A stretch of DNA of 64,000 nucleotides from Macrostomum lignano (taxonomy: Eukaryota). Positions 12,397 through 22,667 of this stretch are shown one piece after another. The DNA lies in assembly GCA_002269645.1 (NCBI GenBank), contig NIVC01001558.1, forward strand, positions 62,001 through 126,000, given 5' to 3'. Each line of letters opens with the position of its first letter. Position 1 is the stretch's first letter. The notes under the pieces are model-generated. The model saw only the letters and a program-made list of their open reading frames with translations. It was not told the DNA's origin and did not search any database. Made by a program: the position numbers and the translations under genes.

Positions 12397-15300
12397 ATGG
12401 CGGCTACGGATAGCCAGCTGCTAAATAATAGCAATCTGAGGAGACTCGGAGCAATGAATGATCCAAAAGTTTCAAGGTAAAGTTATCAAATACCACTGGC
12501 GATTCATGTTTGTGAAAATATGCCGATGGAAAGGGAAATTACTTTCATCGTCCCAGCCGTCTAACGATTCTTAGATACAACTGGCTCTGAATAATCCTGC
12601 AATAAGTATTGTGTTTTAAATCGAGAGCAAATTTTCTTTACTCAATTTACCGACATGCGACCTACATATTTATATGCGGAGTTACAGTAAGCAGTTACTT
12701 TTTCTGATTTTAGCTAGCAACTAGCGACCATTTTGGCAGGTATCCTACACTTTTTATTGTAATAAATAAAAAGCTACTTAACTCAGTTTACAGAAGGGCC
12801 TATGCATCCAATTTTTGAAAAGCATTCGGTCTTTTTAACCACTATAAAATCTGCTTTGCAAAATTCTGCTAGCTATGACTATATACGTTTTCATAATAAA
12901 TCAAATTTCAGAGTCAACCTTTCTCGACCGGGCCATCTAAACAGCCTTGAAGACGCAAACGCATTGCGACTACGCATCAACCGGGTCAGCTTGGTGCAGC
13001 AACTAAATGTTTACCCCGTACTGGACATTCTCTGGAGGGAGAAAATCCTCAGTGATGCTGATTTAAAACTGATTAAACGGGGAAGCTCGAAGGCAGATCA
13101 TACGCGCATTCTTCTTGATATTTTGCCTACAAAAGACCAGCATACCCAATGGTACCTAAGATTTCGGTGAGTCTCATTCATATTTAAATAGATAGTTAAA
13201 GTGCGCCAGTTTTTTTACACAGATTATTCCGTGTGTCATTCAGTGTTCAGTGCCAAAGGTTGTTTCACTTCTCGATTCTCAGGGAGGCTCTGCAGAAGAC
13301 TGCCGAACTCGATCCAGCAACGCAGCGGCAGCACACGATGCTGGTTTCATTCCTAGATAATACCATTGTCCAGCGTCCACTCCAGCTGCCAACAGCCGCA
13401 GCAAAGCAGCAGCACGCGCAGAAGCAGCCCCTGGCCAGTGGAAAGCGACAGCTGGTGCAAATCCTGCCAAGCATCCCCAAAGACGAATCGACAGCGGACT
13501 CAGCCGAGGCGGCCTCTCATAAAGCGCTGTGGAAGCAGCTGAAGGAGGCAGCCAATCCGCCAAAGTCGGCGGCTCCGCGACCGCCGCCCTCTTATCGAGA
13601 GCGACTGGCCGAGCTGCCACCGGAGCTGGTAGAGGCCTACGGGTAAGCATTGGTTGGGGACACTGCATGCAGGAGAAAGCAGGAGGACATAACCCTAATA
13701 ATGGTGAGAATTCATTGCAAACAAATTTATCGTGTAAAAGTACAATCGAATTCAAGACTAGAAGGACACTGCACTCGGAACTGGGTGCGAAAATAATTTG
13801 AAGGCCGATTTTTACCTTCGCTTGACTCTTACTCCATTACATGTATCAATACTTCTCATTATACATGTAGTTGAATACCTGTAATCAATGGTAAATTTTG
13901 CCTAGCACAGATGGCATTATTCCATACTTATTTCAAGCCAATGCTACTGGAGGGTGGATAGATAATAATAAGGATTGTAAAGCAGTCACGTGATGAAGTT
14001 TGTTCGTGAGGTGAATGTACACTGGGGAGCGGTTGTGGCCAAAATTAATTGCTATTAAATCTGGGTGAAAGTGCATATACAATGACCATACAATTTTGTG
14101 ATACTTCGCTTGTCGCTTATCACATGTGGAAAGAGATTAGAAGAAAAAGGTTGCATTTACTACTTACAAGTACCACAAATGCAGGAAACACAGGAGATGT
14201 CGAAGATGTTTGCTGCAATTGAATAAATACACGTTCACTGGCAATCATTCCGCAGGGCATGGCGCACAGACAAGACCGAGTCCATGCTGCGCCGGGAACG
14301 CGAAGCCCTGAAGCGAGTGCGCGCCGCTGATTACTTCCTCGCCTGCCTGACGGCCTCGGGCGGCGACACGGTTGACAAGTCGTCGACTGCGCCGCTGATG
14401 TGCCTGCACGCGCCCGTGAAGCGGCTGCTGAAGGATGCCAGACATTCGCACATGGCCTACAAGCACTTTCACCTGCTGTCCAGCCGCCACCTGGTGTCCC
14501 TGGCGCCCGCCCTGGCCGCCTCCTACTGCGCTCTGGTCGGCCGGTTTGCCGTTTGGTCCCCGTTCGCCGCCCGCAAGCTGGCCAGGCACGGCTTCCGCCT
14601 GTTCGACTTTCTCGAAGGCCTGTGCGAATTCCGGCTGTGCGAACTGGTGGCCGCCGCTCTCGCTGAATTCGCCGCCCGAGGCGCCGGCCTCGCCTCGCTG
14701 GTGCCCAGCTTCCGGGCCGGAGTCCGCCTCATGGAGGCCCGGCTCAACAACGCCCAGCTGGCTCTGGCCGACGCAGCTCGACTGGCCGCCAGCGAAGCCG
14801 CTGGACGCATCGTCCGGGTGTCCTTCGGCCAGGAGCTGCTCAACCAGTCGGAGCTGTTGGCGCTGACTGGCCGGCTGCTGCTTGAGCAGGGCAGCCTGCT
14901 GCCTGCGCAGACCTGCTTCGCGACGGCTGTCAATGCAAGTTGGGCTGGGCTGGTGGCTTCTGGCGTTTTCAACAGATGCTCTGGTATGCCAGCGGCCCAG
15001 GCTCGATTCCAAGTTCAGCCACATTAGTTTGGGGCTGAATCGGAATCTCGGCTTGGCTCTGCTCCTACAATTAACGGCCTGGAGGGCCAATCCCCAAGGC
15101 GCAGTGAAGTGTACATGCCTAACGATGAATAAAGTTAGGGCCGCTGTACACTCCTGTGTACGACTGCGTATGACTGCGTACGTATCCGCGCGCTTTTGTG
15201 CCTGCTCAGGGGAGTCTGCGGAATGGGCAGTAATGCCTCTCGCCGGTTGTGTGACAATGTCGCTTAAAGTGCGCCAGGGTGCACACAGCCCTGCCTCTAA

Positions 15301-18300
15301 TCTTGGCGTCGTAGTCAAGCACGTACAACTCAAATATCGTGTAATTTTTGGAGGTCAATTTCTTAGAAAAAACGCATTGCGAAAGTAGGAAAATTCCTTT
15401 TTTCATTTCAAAATCAATGATCGCATTTGATCTGGGGCGGTGAAGATGACTCGTATCATTCTTTTAATTAAGAATGCACAACATGGTACTCTGTTATATT
15501 TTATATGGCTGTGTAGTGAAATTTTCATTTTATACTGTTTTCTATTTATTTCATAAGCCGTTATAATTGTGCACTAACTGTCTGTATGCATGTAGGAACT
15601 ATGCAATAATTTATGTTGAAGTGGAATTTTACCTACAAGAATGGCTCAAGAGTTGCAAAACTTTTATTGCTTGATTCAAGAAGGAACAAAACAAGAAGTT
15701 AAGCTAATGCACTTGTGAGTATTTACAACTTTGGGCTTATGAAATAGAAAGAAAACAATAGGAAAATGAAACGAATATAAAATATAACTGAGTAACATGT
15801 TGTGCATGCTAAATAAAATAATGGTAATCTTCACCGCCCCAGATCAAATGAAATCATTGATTTTGTGATGAAGAAATGATTTTTTCCACAGTTTATCTTT
15901 TCCAGGAAATAGGCCTCCAAAAAATGACTCGATCTCTGAGTTTAACGTCCTGTTACACTGCAGTGGTCCTTGGTCTTAGTATAGGTGGGCAATACAACAA
16001 GAATGCAATGCATACGAACTTCCAGAAAGTGGACCTGACCGACATGAACACGGTGTTCAAAGTTCTGTACTATTCGCTAGACGTTTACCTGGTCAGGTAC
16101 GAAGAAATCAAGGCTGAAAAACTGGCTGTGGCCTGCGTTCAGCACGCGCAGTGAGTCCTGAGCTCTGTTGGCAGCAATGTTACTCCAGTCAACGCGCCAT
16201 CCATGCATCATCAAAGCGTAAAAACGAAATCTTATTGAATGCAATTGCAGAAAATTTTTTAAGCCGCACTCGCCGCAGTACGTCAAGGCGCTGCTCAACT
16301 ACGTGAAGTTCTCCAACACCTTCAAGAAGGACGCCTTCGGAGTCGAAGTTGCCACGGTGGGTTTCTGGGCATATTTACTGATGCACTTTTATGATCGAAC
16401 CAACCTTCTACTGCGTGCTAATGGTGTGGGCCAGTAAGTCCAAATTAAGGGGTGTGGTTCCAGACCGGCTTCCATTCTTCCAGGCGTGGTTCCAGATAGG
16501 CTTTCATTCTTCCAGGCGTGGGTACATTCTGGCTTCCATTCTTCCAGGCGTGGGTACATTCTGGATTCCATTCTTCCAGGCGTGGGTACATTCTGGATTC
16601 CATTCTTCCAGGCGTGGGTACATTGTGGATTCCATTCTTCCAGGCGTGGGTACATTCTGGATTCCATTCTTCCAAGCGTGGGTACATTCTGGATTCCATT
16701 CTTCCAACCGGCTTCCATTCTTCCTGCAGGCGTGGTTCCAGACCGTCTTCCATTCTTCCAGATGTTCAATAACAATAATGATTTATTACACCTGCCCCAA
16801 TTCGGCCAGATGTGCAACCGACAGCTCAGCCGCAGCTATTGCGCGGCGCATCTGAAGGCTGCGTACGGCTGTTCAGTCCAAGGACTGGGGGGTCGCCACA
16901 CCCAACCCTCAATTACCCCAGCTAATGCTGGCACCCATTTTACAGCTGGTTGAACTGAAGCAATGCAGAGTTAATTGTCTTGCTCAAGGACGCAAATTGT
17001 TTCAGTGGGATCGGGAATCGAACCCCCGACCTTCAAGTCATATGTCCGACACTCTAACCACTATAGGCTACAACCCCCTCCAGGCGTTCAGTTACATTGA
17101 ATGTAAAAAATCGCTAAGTCAGTAGGGATACGAGTGCAAACCACAGCGATCCAGAGCCACACCGGATCTGCACACTTCAGAACGCTGCCCTGTTCGCCCA
17201 CGCCGTCATGGGCTACGAGCACCCGCTGCTGGCCGAGGCCCAGTCGCTGCTGGCGCTGGCCCAGCTGCTGGCCAATCCCGGCCGAGGAATCAATTCTTCG
17301 GCTCAGAGCCCGTCCGACCTGGCCCTGGCCGCCATTCAAACCGGACAGGACGCCTATCCGGCCGGACACCCGTTGCTGGCCAGTCTCATGGTGAATTTCG
17401 GCCAGGTCGTGCTACTGGAACTCGGACAGCCGGCCGACAGCCCAGAAGCCGCCAGTCATCCGCACAGCCAGTCCGCGCTGGCCCACTGCCAGCTGGCGGT
17501 GGCCGCCCTGGCCGGCGCCCTCGGCGAGCGGAGCCCGGCCACCGCGCGGGCCCGCCTGATTCTCGGCCAGCTGCTGGCCAGGCTGGGCGACGTCAAGGCG
17601 GCCGGGGAGCAGCTGCGGCGAGCGCACGCCGCGCTGACGCGGGCCGGCGGCCAGCAAACGCAGCCGCAGCAACAGCCGCAGCAAGCTCGGAGCCACGTGC
17701 TGCTGCGTTTCCTGCTGGAGTATGCCAAGTTTTTCAGGTTGGTTACCTGGAGCATTCTCTTTTGAAGTCTAAAATGTAAGGGTTGGGAGGCTGACACATT
17801 ACTCATAATTTGGATCTGCTCGCGCAATTGCACAGTGAAGTGTACATGCCTAACGATAAATAAAGTTAAGGGCCGCTGTACACTCCTGTGTACGACTGCG
17901 TATGACTGCGTACGTATCCGCGCGCTTTTGTGCCTGCTCAGGGGAGTCGGCGGAATGGGCAGTAATGCCTCTCGCCGGTTGAGTGACAATGTCGCTTGAA
18001 GTGCGCCAGGGTGCACACAATCGGGGCCGCATCAGTGGAATGACTACTTGCGGCCTTCGCTGACTGCGCATCGAATTCAGTTGCTTTATCCAGTTTCGTG
18101 TTGACGTTCAGAAAGCAGCAATAGAAACTTAGATAAGCATAGTTATCGTGACAAAGACTTCTATCTGCGCCTGGGCTGAGCATTCGTCTCCAGAATTTTC
18201 CTCCCTTCAAAAATCGCGCAGGCAGAGCGGGCAGCTCCAGCAGGCGCTGCTGCTGGCCAAGCAGGTCGCCGAGACCACCGAGTGCTACGGCGCCTACATC

Positions 18301-19542
18301 CACTGGGTGGACGAGGCGCTGGCGCTGACTGCCGACCTGCTGGCCGAGACTGGCGACTCCGAAGGTAGCGCCGAGGCGGCCAAACGCCGTACCGACTGGC
18401 TGGCCGAGCACCCCGTCTACAAGTCGCGTCTGGATTGGCAGTCCCTGAACGCCCAGCCAGATAAGGCCTTCTTCAAGAAGTTCAACCTGTGGACGGAGCG
18501 ACGGGGCCGGATTATGGGCCAGCTGAGGAAGCAGCAGCTGAAGAGCCAGAAGAGGCAGCAGAAGCAGTCGCTGGCTGAGGCGAATGTCGACAGCGGCGAA
18601 GCGTCCAGCGAGTTGCGCAAGACGCTCAAGGACTTCGCCGACGATTCGGACGCCCGTTTCGGCTCTTCAACGTCCTCGTCGTCGTCGTCCTCCGACGAGT
18701 CCTCGGCTGGAGGAGGCGCCAAGGAGGTCGAGCGAGGCAAGAAGAAGGCGCTGAAGAAGCGGAAGGAGCTGCAGCGGCTGAAGGCCTCTTCGGGCTCGTC
18801 GTCTGCCTCTGACTCGGATGACGAGTCTTCAGCGGAAAAGAAGCAAAAGAAGAAAGTAGAGGCTAAAAAGGAGGACAAGAAGTCGCAGGATAGCAGCAAC
18901 TCAGATGATTCTGACAAGGGCAAGAAGTCAAAGAAAGACAAGAAGGACAAGAAGGACAAGAAGGACAATAAGGACAAGAAGGACAAGAAGGACAAGAAGG
19001 ACAAGAAGGACAAGAAGGACAAGAAGGACAAGAAGGACAAGAAGGACAAGAAGGACAAGGACAAGAAGGATAAGGACAAGAAGTCTTCGGAAAGTGGAAG
19101 CTCAGATGATGATGCCCAAAAAGAAAAGAAGCCTGAAAAGGATAAGGACAAGAAGGACAAGAAGGACAAGAAGGACAAGAAGGACAAGAAAGACAAGGAG
19201 GACAAGAAGGACAAGGAGGACAAGGACGACAAGAAGGACAAGGAGGACAAGGACGACAAGAAGGACAAGAAGGACAAGAAAGACAAGAAGAACAAGAAGG
19301 ACAAGAAGGACAAGAAAGACAAGAAGGACAAGAAAGACAAGAAGGACAAGAAGGAAAAGAAAGACAAGAAGGACAAGAAGGAAAAGAAAGACAAGGATGA
19401 CAAAGAGGACAAAGAGGACAAGGAGGACAAGAAGGACAAGAAGGACAAGAAGGACAAGAAGGACAAGAAGGACAAAAAAGACAAGGAAGACAAGAAATAC
19501 AAGAAAAAGAAAAAGAAGGCAAAAAAGAGTAAAAAGTCGGGT

Positions 19543-19601
<59 letters not shown>

Positions 19602-21589
19602 CAGCAGCTCTTCTTCCAGTAGTAGTTCGGAGGACGAGAAAGAGCACAAGACACTGAAAGTTAAGAAACAGTTGAAGCGGAAAAGGAAGAGCCCCAAACC
19701 GGACAAGAAATATGGAAGAAGCTTGTCGTGTTCAAGCGACGCCGCTGAAGGGAGCGCGACGGACAGCTCCGATGGTGAAGCGGCGAAAAGGTTTCGAACG
19801 ATTGCTGCGGCGAAAGGAAGGGAGAGCGACCTCCTAAAACTGAAAGGTGAAATTCAACACAATTATGCGAGACAATTTATGTAAGAAAAAACTTAATATT
19901 CTTTCAATATTCGTTTTTTTTCTGCACCAAAAACAGTCGTACTGGTCGGAGACTCTGGCGTCGGCAAGTCCAGCCTGATGACGCGGTTCGTCGAAGGCAC
20001 TTTCCGGAACCAGATGTTCAGCACGGTGGGCGTTGACTTTTGCACCAAAAATCTTGAGGTGAACGGGCGGCAAGTGAGTCTGCAGATCTTGGACACTGCC
20101 GGGCAGGAAAGGTGAGGAGCTGCATGTACTGGCAACCTGCTGACCCTACCAGTTCGGTCCTCAATACGACCCCAGACTCTTTAAATTCGGTCCTCAATTC
20201 GACCCCAGACTCTTTAAGTTCGGTCCTCAATTCGACCCCAGACTGTTTAGTTCGGTCCTCAATACGACCCGACTGTTTAGTTCGGTCCTCAATACGACCC
20301 CAGACTGTTTAGTTCGGTCCTCAATACGACCCGACTGTTTAGTTCGGTCCTCAATACGACCCCAGACTGTTTAGTTCGGTCCTCAATACGACCCCAGACT
20401 GTTTAGTTCGGTCCTCAATACGACGACGGACTATAGTTCGGTCCTCAATGCGACCCCAGACTGTTTAGTTGGGTCCTCAATTCGACCCCAGACTGTTTAG
20501 TTCGGTCCTCAATGCGACCCCAGACTGTTTAGTTAGGTCCTCAATTCGACCCCAGACTGTTTAGTTCGGTCCTCAATACGACCCCAGACTGTTTAGTTCG
20601 GTCCTCAATACGACCCCAGACTGTTTAGTTCGGTCCTCAATACGACGACGGACTATAGTTCGGTCCTCAATACGACCCCAGACTGTTTAGTTCGGTCCTC
20701 AATACGACCCCAGACTGTTTAGTTCGGTCCTCAATACGACCCCAGACTGTTTAGTTCGGTCCTCAATACGACGACGGACTATAGTTCGGTCCTCAATGCG
20801 ACCCCAGACTGTTTAGTTGGGTCCTCAATTCGACCCCAGACTGTTTAGTTCGGTCCTCAATACGACCCCAGACTGTTTAGTTCGGTCCTCAATTCGACCC
20901 CAGACTGTTTAGTTCGGTCCTCAATACGACGACGGACTATAGTTCGGTCCTCAATACGACCCCAGACTGTTTAGTTTGGTCCTCAATACGATCCCAGACT
21001 CTTAAGTTTGGTCCTCAATACGACTCCAGACTGTTTACAGTCGGGTCTTGAATATGACCTCAGATTAATGTTGGGTGCTGAAATATCTCAAGCGGTTCGG
21101 CCATCAAATTTAATAAGTCTGGCCATCGATGCGATGCCTCAGACTGTTCGGTTTGGTCACTAACGAACCCCGTCAGCAGACCTGCCTCGCACACACCGAT
21201 CGCCGTGCAGGTTCCGCTCCCTGGGCCCCAGCTACTACCGCGGCGCCGACGCCGCCATGCTGGTGTTCGACTCCAGCAACCGATCCAGCTTCGACAGCTG
21301 CGCCCGCTGGCTTGACGAGCTCCGCCTGGCGGCTGACCGGCGGCTCACCATCATGCTGGTGGCCAACAAAGCTGACCTGCCGTCCGCTGCAGTTTCCAGG
21401 GATGAAGCTGAGCGATTTGTTCAAGAATTCGGCCTGGCCGGCTTTGCCGAGGCGAGCGCCATGGGCAGCGGCGGCGGCGTCAGTGGCGCCTTCAAGCAGC
21501 TGTTGAAGCTGCGACTGGCGCGGGACGCCGACAATGACGTTGAGAAAGGTGGAAACGGTGACGGAATCCTTCTGATTGAGGGTGTCTAG
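12397..21589 (+). CDS. CARD-like / helical / KLC-type TPR / KKD-Ser linker / Rab GTPase multidomain protein, 10 exons, about 1476-1507 aa
   Basis: Exons 12397-12476, 12912-13166, 13283-13642, 14256-14983, 15892(or 15985)-16150, 16251-16356, 17181-17737, 18222-19846, 19937-20111, 21211-21589. All GT-AG; phases 2,2,2,1,2,0,2,1,2 are all compatible; total 4524 (or 4431) nt, divisible by 3. Confidence 0.75.
12912..13166 (+). CDS. CARD-like death-fold domain exon
   Basis: LRINRVSLVQQLNVYPVLDILWREKILSDADLKLIKRGSSKADHTRILLDILPTK fits the CARD pattern (LrxnRvxLvxxL...vLdxL...iLs...i......r.LLdiLp.k). Pattern recognition only. Confidence 0.7.
14985..15300 (+). mobile_element. tRNA-derived SINE family A, 5'-truncated copy
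   Basis: Near-identical to copies at 17831, 57869 and 58771; B-box-like GGCTCGATTCC. Confidence 0.8.
15398..15876. mobile_element. MITE (non-autonomous DNA transposon), about 480 bp
   Basis: Perfect 24-bp inverted repeat CATTTGATCTGGGGCGGTGAAGAT at 15424-15447 and 15827-15850, extendable outward with few mismatches (caaaatcaatgat / atcattgattttg). AT-rich non-coding interior. Confidence 0.75.
16452..16762. repeat. 32-bp intronic minisatellite (TTCCATTCTTCCAGGCGTGGGTACATTCTGGA)
   Basis: Tandem copies within intron 16357-17180. Confidence 0.92.
16785..17075 (-). mobile_element. tRNA-derived SINE family B (CORE-like)
   Basis: Minus-strand A box TAGTGGTTAGAG and B box GGTTCGATTCC; collinear with the copy at 49863. 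Confidence 0.85.
17181..18400 (+). CDS. kinesin-light-chain-type TPR repeats (exons 7-8 of the multidomain gene)
   Basis: Repeated helix-HP-helix units: MGYEHPLLAEAQSLLALA, AYPAGHPLLASLMVNFGQV, ALGERSPATARARLILGQLLARLGDVKAAGEQLRRA. Confidence 0.65.
17831..18019 (+). mobile_element. SINE family A, 3' fragment
   Basis: CACAGTGAAGTGTACATGCCTAACG ... GTGCGCCAGGGTGCACAC is shared with the other copies. Confidence 0.8.
18937..19629 (+). repeat. coding AAGAAGGAC (KKD)n repeat plus a 29-Ser (AGC)n tract
   Basis: 9-bp tandem within exon 8; Ser tract at 19543-19629. Confidence 0.95.
19937..21589 (+). CDS. Rab GTPase domain (last two exons)
   Basis: GDSGVGKS, TVGVDF (RabF1), LQILDTAGQE, R|FRSLG (RabF3), YYRGA (RabF4), LVFD, ANKAD, EASA. 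Intron 20112-21210, phase 2. Confidence 0.92.
20151..21055. repeat. 32-bp intronic minisatellite (GTTCGGTCCTCAATACGACCCCAGACTGTTTA)
   Basis: Fills the Rab-domain intron 20112-21210. Confidence 0.95.
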
Positions 21590-22667
21590 AATCTTCAGCC
21601 TTCGTACAATTTCTACTTGCTTATTTTGCTTGACTTCCCCGCCTACTTTTTTTCACCGAATCTCCTTGCCCGGAACTGCAAAAACAGGCGGCCTTTTGTC
21701 AGCTCTACTTGACACAGCTGATTATTTTATCGTTTTACGCGAGAAGAAACCGCCCGCTAACGCAGCTACTCGCAGTAGAGCAATACGTAAAGCGAGAGAA
21801 TTTTTATTTTTGCTGCCAACAAAACACTTTTCTGTTAATCTCTGTTTTGTACCCAAATTTGTCCATTCCTTCGAGACGTTTTTATAAACAGGGGATTTTT
21901 CCAGAGCTTTGAATTCTTTAATCTCTGTAACCTGACTTTGATAATCTCAACACGGCTTTACAAATATTTACAACATGCTATGAAATCACGATAAAAGATT
22001 AATAATTGAATAAATTGGGTTGGCTGAGAATTATTGGTCATTTTAAACTCCTCAGCTCAGTATAACAAAAATTGTATGCATGATTGTTCATTTATTAATA
22101 GAATTATTCGTTCCACAAGCCAGCAGAAATGAAATACTAATATTTTGAAATCCACATACACTTAACATGTCTGATAGCCTACTGAGCCGAGTAGTAAAGC
22201 GGGAGAGAGAATGGCAAAATAGTTATGGTTAAATATATAATTATATCGATGATATAAAATTGAATACAAAGCAAAGCCGCACAGGTGTGTAAAATGAGCA
22301 AAGGTATTTACAGTACAAAATCGATAAGCATTGCTAAGCAAGCACATTTCAAGGTCAAACTGCTTTGCGCTTATTTAAATTCAATTCAAGGATTAAAACT
22401 GAGTAAAAGCAGCAGGAGTTCCACGCTGCAGAGGCGAATTCAATATATATATATATATATATAAATTACTATAACTGTGTTGATTATGAAAATACTGCGC
22501 TACTCAAAATTAAGGGCATAACATATTTCATAATAACATTATCAGTATGGTTAAAATACGCGGGTCGCTAAGTCTACTATGAGTAGTAAACAGTTTTCAG
22601 CAAACAAGAAGGATGATCGAAGAACTCTGTTGAATTGCCACTGTCTCGCGCGAGATTGAAAACAGTT

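Noticed and set aside
14256-16356. NACHT/NB-ARC domain expected between the CARD and TPRs (NLR/Apaf-like)
   Set aside because: No Walker A (GxxxxGK[ST]) or Walker B motif in these exons.
18417-19706. 429-aa hydrophobic FLS-repeat ORF on the minus strand
   Set aside because: Antisense shadow of the AAGAAGGAC repeat; the sense frame is the one spliced in phase.
19881-19936. The gtaag donor at 19881 as the fusion splice, or a spliced-leader ATG starting the Rab
   Set aside because: Both are out of frame with the Rab exon, which needs phase 1; the donor at 19847 fits.
20151-21055. CRISPR-like appearance of the 32-37-bp repeats (also 26515-27410 and 28934-29598)
   Set aside because: Units are head-to-tail with no unique spacers, lie in spliceosomal introns, and no cas genes are present.
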